A stretch of 64,000 nt of DNA from Candidatus Nomurabacteria bacterium (GTDB taxonomy: Bacteria; Patescibacteriota; Saccharimonadia; Saccharimonadales; CAIOMD01). The notes beneath the pieces are model-generated. The model saw only the letters and a program-made list of their open reading frames with translations. It did not search any database and was not told the DNA's origin. The stretch is from contig JACKGO010000001.1 of assembly GCA_020631975.1 (NCBI GenBank), positions 67,409 through 131,408 on the forward strand, given 5' to 3'. This document shows positions 54,699 through 62,566 of the stretch, in pieces. Both the position numbers and the translations under genes were made by a program. The stretch's first letter is position 1; each line of letters opens with the position of its first letter.

Positions 54699-55121
54699 CT
54701 ATAAAATATATGATCTACGAATATACGTTTGTAAACCTTGCAAACCAAAAATGCTATATATTTCTGGTTCGATTTCTTCTAATAGCTTCCAAAATGACTC
54801 TATACGGTGCGTGGTCCATTCTCTAGGTGATTGTAAAATCTTATCACCATGTACAATTATGCCACTGCCATCAGCTTCTACTATTGTTACTAAAAAACTT
54901 TGAGTATTTTCGTAGCATGTGTCTGCCCCGATACGTTTAGCTGTAACGATAAAATCACGTGGCTGCAGCCCACTTGCTACTGTTATACATCGCTTTGCAT
55001 CGTCTATATGCACAGGCATGTCATCGGGGTCTACGGCAATGGCTCCCTTTCTGATGGTAATGTTATCTTCCGTGTCTAAGTGCCAAATATGGCTTGTTTC
55101 AAACATTACTATATTATACAA
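54699..55121 (-). CDS. Hypothetical protein (140 aa), upstream of and co-directional with the heliorhodopsin
   Basis: ORF 48 nt upstream of the heliorhodopsin ATG. No family was recognised. Confidence 0.5.
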   Translation of the reverse strand: MYNIVMFETSHIWHLDTEDNITIRKGAIAVDPDDMPVHIDDAKRCITVASGLQPRDFIVTAKRIGADTCYENTQSFLVTIVEADGSGIIVHGDKILQSPREWTTHRIESFWKLLEEIEPEIYSIFGLQGLQTYIRRSYIL

Positions 55122-55138
55122 TAAAATAGACCAAAATT

Positions 55139-55154
55139 ATTACAATATTGTAAT
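55139..55154. promoter_or_regulatory. Perfect 16-bp palindrome ATTACAATATTGTAAT in the divergent control region
   Basis: It lies within the 80-bp spacer between the 140-aa gene (minus strand) and the PafA/Dop-like gene (plus strand). Confidence 0.5.
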
Positions 55155-55201
55155 ATATATTAATTATCTTGGAACTGTTTATTCAGCCATTACTTTAAAC
55201 C

Positions 55202-56713
55202 ATGAATGCACCGTACGCTCACTATAACTATCCACCGCAGTTCCCTGTTGTCATGGGTACAGAAGAAGAAACTGCTTTAATGGTTAACGTTACTGGTGAA
55301 TGGGAGCAGCCGTACTATTTTGCCGCTCACTTAGATATGTTTATTCCTACATCTTTATGTTTTGTAGCAAACCACTATAGCGGTGTGTATTTGCAAAATG
55401 GGGGCCTCGTCTATGCAGGAGGCTCTTGTGATGAAGAGTCTTCAGGAGAGCGCCATATAGATAACATAGAAAGAGCGACACCTGAATGCGTAAACCCACA
55501 ACAGACGGCTATGTATATTCAGGCGAATGAACATTTAATGGAAGATATGGCAGAGCTCTACGGCCAGCACACCGCCGAGAAATTCGGGAAAGAAGCTATT
55601 ATTAGAATACAACGTAGAGTAGTAGATTCACAGGGTAATAGAAAGGGTTGCCACGATAATTTTGCCTACCCATACGGGGACAATTACGATCGTGGTTACG
55701 ATTACAGACTACCTTTAGCTGGGTATTTAGCTACCCGCTCATTTTTAACGGGTGCCGGCTACGTAAACCAAGATCATGAATTTAGATTTAGCCAAAAAAT
55801 TGATGGCTTGAAAGCGGTCACAGGCTATTCCTATGCAGGATATATGTACAGAACAGTTGGCGCCCAAGGCATTTCTGAAACAGCCCAAAACAGATTAGAA
55901 ATACGTTGTAGCGACATTAACATATCAACATGGGCAACCATGATGCGCTTAGGTGGTGTTGCATTGCTTATGGCCGCTTTAGAAACTCCGCTTAAACAAG
56001 ATATTTTAGGTCATTTATCATATCAGAGTGATGATGTAGCCTATGCTGAGCAAAATAACGCAATCCCAATGGGTAAAGATGGAATGATGTGCCCAGACGA
56101 GCAAACCTACGAAGTCTTAGACTTTCAAGAGCGACTGGCAGATATGTTTTTAGACGACTTGCAACTGTATACCGATTTGCCCCTTGACTACTACTATATT
56201 GCCCAAGAATTAAAAGTATTTTGCCAAGATTTTCGTCAGGTCCTCGCCAATAGGCAACCACTAAGTATTTTAGCTGATCGTGCTGATTGGGCAGCAAAGT
56301 TTACAAAAATATTAGCGAAAGATGCAGAAGCTGGCAGTGCAAGAGGATATTATGAGCACGCTCGTGACGATATGTTATTTGACTACATAGGTATCACAGC
56401 ACAGCCCGATGGCAGCGTGGTCCGCAAAAAAGGCTACGGATTCAAGATGCGTGATAATGGTGCATTTAAAAAAAGTTTGCACCCTAAGGATATAGCGAAT
56501 GCCTACTATAATGCTCCATTACAAACGCGAGCTAATATAAGAAGTACATTTATCAAAGATTACGCAGTAGAAGAATGTACGTGGGATTCTGTATCTGTAC
56601 TTCTAAAAAGCGGTGTCGGTAGGCGTATAGATTTATCAGACCCTACCAGAGCAACTGTACATAAACAAGCATCAAAAGAACTCGCCGAAAAAGCTCAACC
56701 ACGCGACGAGTAA
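55202..56713 (+). CDS. Highly divergent PafA/Dop-family (Pup ligase / depupylase-deamidase, carboxylate-amine ligase) homolog
   Basis: Ordered motif blocks are shared with PafA: MGTEEET, LQNGGLVY, ERATPEC, DSQGNRKGCHDNF, ATRSFLTGAGYV, FSQKIDG, RLEIRCSDINIS, ADWAAKF and QTRANIR. The RDEPHAD block is not recognisable. Confidence 0.65.
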   Translation: MNAPYAHYNYPPQFPVVMGTEEETALMVNVTGEWEQPYYFAAHLDMFIPTSLCFVANHYSGVYLQNGGLVYAGGSCDEESSGERHIDNIERATPECVNPQQTAMYIQANEHLMEDMAELYGQHTAEKFGKEAIIRIQRRVVDSQGNRKGCHDNFAYPYGDNYDRGYDYRLPLAGYLATRSFLTGAGYVNQDHEFRFSQKIDGLKAVTGYSYAGYMYRTVGAQGISETAQNRLEIRCSDINISTWATMMRLGGVALLMAALETPLKQDILGHLSYQSDDVAYAEQNNAIPMGKDGMMCPDEQTYEVLDFQERLADMFLDDLQLYTDLPLDYYYIAQELKVFCQDFRQVLANRQPLSILADRADWAAKFTKILAKDAEAGSARGYYEHARDDMLFDYIGITAQPDGSVVRKKGYGFKMRDNGAFKKSLHPKDIANAYYNAPLQTRANIRSTFIKDYAVEECTWDSVSVLLKSGVGRRIDLSDPTRATVHKQASKELAEKAQPRDE

Positions 56714-56833
56714 GCAGCACATAGAATTGTATCTAGTAAACACACGATAAACCTAGTATTTTTTAATAAAATATTGTATTATAGTCTAGTTTGCGTCAAA
56801 GCGATGCACGCTCCTCTCGTGAAAGGAACCTAA

Positions 56834-57217
56834 GTGAAGGTTAACGTACAAAACGTAGCTTTAGGGCTGTATGAACAAGGGCTCATCCCACAGCCAGCTG
56901 TGGGGGATTTACGCCGTGAATTCTGGACGAAGATTGGCATAGGTAAACCGTTGCAGCTAGTAGTAACCGACGGTGTAGTACTGCTAGAACCTGACTCAGA
57001 GCACGATGGCATCATGATTCACCACGTAAGTGGAGACCCGACCTACGTGCTTATCGTTGAGCGCAATGATGAGACTTACGCATGGCGGGTAGTATACGCG
57101 GGGTTCTTCTATGAAGACAGGCTGCGTAAGAAGAGCCTTGTTTCTGAGCTGCGGCTCTTCAATGCCGTAGTTGTTTCACACAAGAAGCTCGAAGCAGCAC
57201 TAGAAGAGCTGCAGTAG
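56834..57217 (+). CDS. Hypothetical protein (127 aa) ending ...KKLEAALEELQ
   Basis: GTG start after AAAGGAA. GC-richer than the flanks and followed by a GC-rich hairpin. The segment IGKPLQLVVTDGVVLLEP is vaguely AbrB/SpoVT-like. Confidence 0.5.
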   Translation: MKVNVQNVALGLYEQGLIPQPAVGDLRREFWTKIGIGKPLQLVVTDGVVLLEPDSEHDGIMIHHVSGDPTYVLIVERNDETYAWRVVYAGFFYEDRLRKKSLVSELRLFNAVVVSHKKLEAALEELQ

Positions 57218-57234
57218 TACTTTAGCGAGAGGAT

Positions 57235-57265
57235 GCCCTGGGCGCGTTACAGCGCCCGGGGCTTT
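57235..57265. terminator. GC-rich hairpin between convergent genes
   Basis: GCCCTGGGCGC-gttaca-GCGCCCGGGGC (11 bp with one G.U pair), followed by TTT. Confidence 0.6.
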
Positions 57266-57272
57266 CTCATAT

Positions 57273-57773
57273 TTATACTTCTGCGAGCCCTATCACATAA
57301 TTATTTCCATAGTGTTTGGCACACTTTGGGCAGGTGGTATAAAACATATACAGTGTTTTTATTGTTTTATTTTTTTGGTTTGCAAAGCTATGCATTTGTT
57401 TGTACCATTTTTTAGCATTGTTGTACGGCCCCGTGAAGACTTTAGAAATATACGTACCATTCAATACCACAGTAGCTTGACCTTCGACTTGCTTGGTGAC
57501 TCTATAAAGGTGTTCTGCCCGCCAAGGTGAAATATCATGGCTAAGCACCATAGCTTGCTCTGGTTTTGGTTTGGCATCAGCAGCAGTAGCTATGTTGTCT
57601 AACAACTTCATTATTTTTGACATATTTAGAGGCATATATAAAAAACTTTTGGTTTGCATTTTAATAAATTTCTCATTATCAAAGATATGTTCTTTATCTT
57701 GCCACGATGGTATATCAGGTATAGCGCAACAACCTGTTTCGTTTTGTGATGTGTAGGTGTTTGGTAAACTCAT
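57273..57773 (-). CDS. Conserved hypothetical protein with N-terminal CC and C-terminal CPKC motifs
   Basis: AAGGGGG SD before ATG 57773. It has NETGCCAIP and YTTCPKCAKHYGNNYV. I recall this C-terminal motif from an uncharacterised bacterial family but cannot name it. Confidence 0.5.
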   Translation of the reverse strand: MSLPNTYTSQNETGCCAIPDIPSWQDKEHIFDNEKFIKMQTKSFLYMPLNMSKIMKLLDNIATAADAKPKPEQAMVLSHDISPWRAEHLYRVTKQVEGQATVVLNGTYISKVFTGPYNNAKKWYKQMHSFANQKNKTIKTLYMFYTTCPKCAKHYGNNYVIGLAEV

Positions 57774-57898
57774 ACTCCAGTACCCCCTTATAAGGTATAG
57801 TATACTCTCGTGGCGCAACTACACTTGGTGTAGGCAATATAGCTGTACTACTCGCAGTAGAGTATGTTTTATATAGAAAATAGGCTATTATTTATCGT

Positions 57899-58330
57899 AT
57901 GGAAGAAGAATACCCAATTCTCACACGTAAACTCGTTATTGTAGAAGATAACCCTGCCCTTGCAGAAATATATAAAACAAGGCTAGAGCTTATAGGCTAC
58001 CAGTGTTATACAGCGGCAGATGGTGAGGCTGCATTAGTGCTCATTGAACGTGAATTACCAGATTTAGTACTGTTAGATATGATGATTCCTAAACTTTCTG
58101 GTGGTGAGGTACTTGAGCGTATGCGGGCATCTGAGTGGGGTAAAAATATTCGTGTATATGTGATATCTAACCTGAACGAGCGTGAAGCTCCTGCTAATTT
58201 ACGTAGTTTGGGTATAGAAGGTTACGCCGTCAAAGCCAATCTTACAGATGACGATATAGATAAACTGGTAGATAGCATATTAATGCCACCAGAACAAAAA
58301 GCAGAAGAATCTAGCAACGTTTTAGAATAA
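57899..58330 (+). CDS. Stand-alone response-regulator receiver domain (CheY-like)
   Basis: VEDNPA, LVLLDMMIPKLSG, VISNL and YAVKA. Confidence 0.8.
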   Translation: MEEEYPILTRKLVIVEDNPALAEIYKTRLELIGYQCYTAADGEAALVLIERELPDLVLLDMMIPKLSGGEVLERMRASEWGKNIRVYVISNLNEREAPANLRSLGIEGYAVKANLTDDDIDKLVDSILMPPEQKAEESSNVLE

Positions 58331-58420
58331 TTACTTGTTGATATAATACCTTTTTTTGCAATATTGTTAATATTACAAAAGTACGTATACTGGTGATATA
58401 ACTTAAGGAGGATTATAGTT

Positions 58421-58852
58421 ATGTGGTTTGCTCAAGAAACAATAACACCAGTAATGCTGTCGCCTGAAACTACGGTGACTACAACTGATAGCACGAGCTT
58501 TTGGGGTGCAATAGCTGCACTTTGGATACTATACGTCGTTGTCATTGTGGTAGCTATCGTTGCACAATGGAAGATTTTTACTAAAGCCGGCGAAGCTGGG
58601 TGGAAGTCAATCATCCCTTTTTATAATATGTATACATTATTTACCATTGCTGGCCGCAACGGATGGTGGTTTTTGGCGTTCTTGGTGCCGATTGTGAATA
58701 TTTTTGTAGCTTTAATGCTGGCTATCGATTTAGCAAAACACTTTGGAAAAAGTACTGCTTTTGGTGTCATCGCGTTATGGCTATTTTCACTAGTTGGCTA
58801 TTTGATGCTAGGATTTGGCGACGCCAAATACGTTGGTCCAAAGCACGACTAA
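58421..58852 (+). CDS. Small membrane protein of the DUF5684-like family
   Basis: WKIFTKAGEAGWKSIIPFYNMYTLFTIAGRNGWW is the family's hallmark as I recall it. AAGGAGG SD. Confidence 0.5.
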   Translation: MWFAQETITPVMLSPETTVTTTDSTSFWGAIAALWILYVVVIVVAIVAQWKIFTKAGEAGWKSIIPFYNMYTLFTIAGRNGWWFLAFLVPIVNIFVALMLAIDLAKHFGKSTAFGVIALWLFSLVGYLMLGFGDAKYVGPKHD

Positions 58853-58868
58853 AATCTGGTTTGTTCTA

Positions 58869-58901
58869 TAAAAAAACCGTTCAGTTCTGGGCGGTTTTTT
58901 T
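58869..58901. terminator. A/T-flanked hairpin between convergent genes
   Basis: AAAAAAACCGTTCAG-tt-CTGGGCGGTTTTTTT. It overlaps the stop of the HIT gene. Confidence 0.45.
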
Positions 58902-59333
58902 AGATTTTGCGTGCCTACCGAATATTTTTAAAAGATATGGCTTTTCGATATATAGTGATGCTCTTGCGTAATCGTTGGTAATTTTTATTAAATGGGTGTG
59001 TTGATGATGCGCCACTGAACGATGCTTGCTATTGGCTGATCGTGCGTATATGTTATAACCCATAGTTTCATATGCTGCAAGCAACGCCATGATGTCATTT
59101 TGTATGGCTGGTGACAGCTCACTCAAATTAGCTTTATGTTCGAGTGGCAGTACCATTAAGTGTTCCAATACGACTGATTGTTCCCAAATATCATATGGGT
59201 AATTATTCACGACAACAACGGCGTACTCTGTTTGTTCAATAATTGTAAAATCTTCAGGTGCACAAAGAGCGCACGCCCTTATATGTTTGTTGTAACGTAG
59301 GTAATTTTTATAATTTTTTTTAAATCTATACAC
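58881..59333 (-). CDS. HIT-family nucleotide hydrolase/transferase
   Basis: Histidine triad HHQHTHLI (HxHxHxx), and an N-terminal CALC. Confidence 0.65.
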   Translation of the reverse strand: MYRFKKNYKNYLRYNKHIRACALCAPEDFTIIEQTEYAVVVVNNYPYDIWEQSVVLEHLMVLPLEHKANLSELSPAIQNDIMALLAAYETMGYNIYARSANSKHRSVAHHQHTHLIKITNDYARASLYIEKPYLLKIFGRHAKSKKTAQN

Positions 59334-59400
59334 TAATACAATACTAACACTCGAGGTGGGCTTATGCTAGATAGATTGTGATCGCCACGCGCGTGCAGTA

Positions 59401-61143
59401 CTACCAACCACCACCGCCACCACCGCCACCACCGCCACCCGAACTGCCTCCACCTGAAAACCCACTACTGCTACTATTGCTAGGTGGGCTAAAGCTCGAT
59501 ACGCTGCTACTACCAAAACTGGCAAGTGAACCTGCAAAAACAGCCGCATTAAAGGTGCTGTAATTACCAACGTACCAGTCTGGCTGTGTTTCTGGTGTGT
59601 ATAAATGAGCAAATTGCGTGGCCCAACTTTTTTCAATGCCATACAGCATAGCGAGTGGGAGCAAGCGTTCATATAATTTAACGAGCTGATCAGCACTGCG
59701 TGTATTCACTTTTATAGCAGAATCGGCAGACTGTAGAACCTTTAAACGCTCTGCTTCGGCTACTTGCATATACATTTTAGTCCCATCTAGGTAGCTTTTT
59801 AGTTCGATGCCTTTTGCAGTACGTGCTGGCATATACGCACCGAGCACAAGCGTAGTTATTGCTGCAACAAAGAGCAGTGGATTAAGGGTTACAATACTTA
59901 TAAATGTGAAGATACCGCCAACTATATAAACCTTTTTCTGGACAGCTCTTGTATCAGCCATGTACCCACTAGCAATCGCAGCCTGATACGTTTCTTTACC
60001 TAGCTGTTCAACTTGCTTGTAAATAGTTTTTTTGTCTTTTAAGGCGATTCTGCTACCTACTTGCAACGAATTACCAAACAATAGCTGCAGCACAGATACA
60101 TCGTCAGGGTGTGTACCGTCTACAGGTTTGTTTATCTCTAATTCGTATTCTTTTTTCTTAACTTCGTATATTTTAAGGTAGTGGCGTACCGCAAGATCGA
60201 TAATGCTCGCAGATACTGCTTTGGGCCGCATTTTTGTGTTGATGATGGTATCGTTTAGCAACATTGATGTGTTTTTGGGCGGTATATACTGCGGCACTAT
60301 GGTAGTTTGTTTTGTTACATCACGGCCTTTTGAGCGCCAAGTCCGCACCGCCCAAAGCAATACTAAGATAGGAAATATTACATAGCCAATTGGCACAACT
60401 ACAAACCAAAAGAGCTTGAGCCACAGCGGTATAGGCGGTGCGACGTAACCGCTAAAAGTATTTGGTGCAAAGCCTACAACAATACTTAGGTTTTCTTGAG
60501 CCGCTAGAGGTTGCGTAGACGTGGCTGTTATTACCCCGTCTATAGAGGCACTTATTGTACAGTCTGACGCTGTTGATCCAGCTACTCCACTGTAGCACTG
60601 TAACCTATTATCAAAGGCTGCCTTAATGGAATCTTCTAAATATACCGTTGCTTGTACTCGCTCAATAGTTTGCTGCCAATCTGTCCCATTGATATCCCAG
60701 AAAAATTCATCACCACCAGAAAAATTCTTAGTAACATCGCGCAGCATGTAATTAATGATGAATATTTGTTCGCCTTGCAGATATCTATTGGCATCACCAA
60801 TGCGAAGCACCGTATTACCATTACTCTGGTAGGTTGTATACGACCAATTAGTCCCATCTGGCTTGTTAACACTCTCTATAGATAAACTTACCGAATGACC
60901 ATCATATGTGTTTGGGATAGCCCGCTCTATACCATGGTTTTGATCATAATTAGGAAATTGTGCGGTAATGGTTTCTTCTACACTTAGAATAGACCTGTTG
61001 TTATCGTCTTTGCCAAGCGTGTATGTTGCGTCAAAGGACGCAATTGTAAAGTTTTGTGTATTGGCATGTGCAGTTGATGGCGCTACAAAAATAATGAGAA
61101 CAAGAAACACAATAAGTTGAGGTACTATTTTGTGTAGCTTCAT
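59401..61143 (-). CDS. DUF2207-family membrane protein with C-terminal poly-Gly tail
   Basis: Signal peptide, a ~230-aa extracytoplasmic domain, multiple TMs and a tail ending SSGFSGGGSSGGGGGGGGGGGW, typical of this family. Confidence 0.65.
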   Translation of the reverse strand: MKLHKIVPQLIVFLVLIIFVAPSTAHANTQNFTIASFDATYTLGKDDNNRSILSVEETITAQFPNYDQNHGIERAIPNTYDGHSVSLSIESVNKPDGTNWSYTTYQSNGNTVLRIGDANRYLQGEQIFIINYMLRDVTKNFSGGDEFFWDINGTDWQQTIERVQATVYLEDSIKAAFDNRLQCYSGVAGSTASDCTISASIDGVITATSTQPLAAQENLSIVVGFAPNTFSGYVAPPIPLWLKLFWFVVVPIGYVIFPILVLLWAVRTWRSKGRDVTKQTTIVPQYIPPKNTSMLLNDTIINTKMRPKAVSASIIDLAVRHYLKIYEVKKKEYELEINKPVDGTHPDDVSVLQLLFGNSLQVGSRIALKDKKTIYKQVEQLGKETYQAAIASGYMADTRAVQKKVYIVGGIFTFISIVTLNPLLFVAAITTLVLGAYMPARTAKGIELKSYLDGTKMYMQVAEAERLKVLQSADSAIKVNTRSADQLVKLYERLLPLAMLYGIEKSWATQFAHLYTPETQPDWYVGNYSTFNAAVFAGSLASFGSSSVSSFSPPSNSSSSGFSGGGSSGGGGGGGGGGGW

Positions 61144-61232
61144 GCCTTTATTGTAGCAAACTGCCTAAATATGTAGTGGGCAGTATTGCTTTGCTATACT
61201 TAGGACAGATTAATACTAGAAAGGGCTTACTT

Positions 61233-61898
61233 ATGCGCGGCAAGCTATTTGATAATACAGAAAATACTACAAATGAAAACAAAACGTTTGTAGCTCAAAA
61301 CGACTTCACGTTGCTCGTTAATTTAGACGGCACTATTTATGCAAAACAAGGCAGCATGATTGCCTATAAGGGCACCGTTGATTTTGATTATAAAGGTGCA
61401 GGAATTGGTCGTTTTGTAAAAAGTGTTGCTACAGGAGAAGGCATGTCTCTTATGAAAGTTGCTGGGCAAGGAGATGTATTTTTAGCAGACAGAGCTGCTC
61501 AGATACATGTATTAGACTTAGAAAACGAAGCACTAACAATAACTTCTCGAAATGTGCTTGCATTTACAGAAGGTATAGACTGGGATATTAACGTACTCAA
61601 GGCAGGTGTTATGGGTTTTGCAGCTGGTGGTTTTTTTAACACGACTCTAAAAGGTACTGGCTCCATTTCAATTACAAGCTTTGGTTTGCCAGTGGTTATA
61701 GCGGTAGACGGCAATGAGGTCTACGCGGACGTCAATAGTATTATTGCGTGGACAAGTGACTTGCAAGTATCTATAAAGAGCAGCTTTAAGGCGAAGTCAC
61801 TTATTGGCCGCGGAAGTGGTGAAAGCTTTCAGATGGCATTTCGGGGCAAAGGGCATATTGTCGTTCAACCTGGTGAATACTTAACGGCTCGTGCTTAG
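61233..61898 (+). CDS. AIM24-family (DUF124) protein
   Basis: GSMIAYKG...GEGMSLMKV.G.G.VFLA......L....E.L.I.S.NVLAF pattern. ATG 61233 is preferred over GTG 61176. Confidence 0.65.
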   Translation: MRGKLFDNTENTTNENKTFVAQNDFTLLVNLDGTIYAKQGSMIAYKGTVDFDYKGAGIGRFVKSVATGEGMSLMKVAGQGDVFLADRAAQIHVLDLENEALTITSRNVLAFTEGIDWDINVLKAGVMGFAAGGFFNTTLKGTGSISITSFGLPVVIAVDGNEVYADVNSIIAWTSDLQVSIKSSFKAKSLIGRGSGESFQMAFRGKGHIVVQPGEYLTARA

Positions 61899-61899
61899 G

Positions 61900-62169
61900 C
61901 TACTGACTAATTTTACTTATTATTAGGAATATTAAAACTATTAATCCCAGGCTTCTTCTGAAATAATTTACTCCACTCACAAGTTCTAAAAATGCCCAGC
62001 TAGCAAGAGCAACAGTACCTATGGTACTTAAAACTGTATCTGCCGTAGAACTAGTACTTATGCTAGTCGCCACAACTGCGCCGAACCATACAAGTATTGG
62101 AATATTCGGAAACTGAGCAATGACTATGTGCCCATTTTTATCAGTAAATAGCTTACGTAATGCGCTCAC
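61900..62169 (-). CDS. Small membrane protein (89 aa)
   Basis: Three hydrophobic helices; GTG start directly after a TAA TAG double stop. Confidence 0.4.
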   Translation of the reverse strand: MSALRKLFTDKNGHIVIAQFPNIPILVWFGAVVATSISTSSTADTVLSTIGTVALASWAFLELVSGVNYFRRSLGLIVLIFLIISKISQ

Positions 62170-62172
62170 CTA

Positions 62173-62475
62173 TTATTCTTCTACGTTAACGCCACGCCAA
62201 AATGCTACGTAATTTGTAAAGTCTTTTTTTACTTTTTCAATAGAGCCGTCCATTGGTTTTGGGTAGTACCAAGCAGCGCTTTTGTTGGTTTTATCACCCA
62301 CGAGTATGTCATAGTAGCTAGCCTGGCCTTTCCAGAAACAGCTCGTGTGCTCATCGTTTGCTGTAAAGAATTCTTTATGGAGAGCGCTCGGCGGAAAGTA
62401 TAGGTTACCTTCAATAAATATAAGATCCTCTTTAGGAGCTTCTGCGAGCACTTGGTTGTTCCAGACTGCTTTCAT
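62173..62475 (-). CDS. DUF427-domain protein
   Basis: KAVWNNQVLAEA....IEGN.YFPPS.......T.CFWKGQASYYD......AAWYYP pattern. Confidence 0.7.
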   Translation of the reverse strand: MKAVWNNQVLAEAPKEDLIFIEGNLYFPPSALHKEFFTANDEHTSCFWKGQASYYDILVGDKTNKSAAWYYPKPMDGSIEKVKKDFTNYVAFWRGVNVEE

Positions 62476-62566
62476 GTGTATTAGTATCTCACATACTTTC
62501 GCCTGTTGCTAGTTCACTCACCTGTCTACTGTGCTATAGTTATAGTATTAAAAAAGGAGTAACCAA

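Noticed and set aside
46195-57300. An intact prophage or integrative element inserted at tRNA-Glu.
   Set aside because: No integrase/recombinase, terminase, capsid, relaxase or other mobility gene is present. By eye I found no downstream direct repeat of the tRNA 3' end. Only the composition shift and the Gam-like gene hint at past mobility.
53851-57300. Proteasome subunits, Mpa/ARC ATPase or a canonical ~64-aa Pup (ending GGQ/GGE) next to the PafA/Dop-like gene.
   Set aside because: Visual translation of the short intergenic segments (54651-54698, 55122-55201, 56714-56833) gave no such ORF. None of the neighbouring proteins shows proteasome or AAA+ motifs.
59378-59563. A plus-strand ORF encoding a PPPPPPPPPPP run.
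   Set aside because: It is the reverse complement of the (GGT/GGC)n tract that encodes the poly-Gly C-terminal tail typical of DUF2207 proteins. The tract is a potentially slippage-prone microsatellite but otherwise unremarkable.
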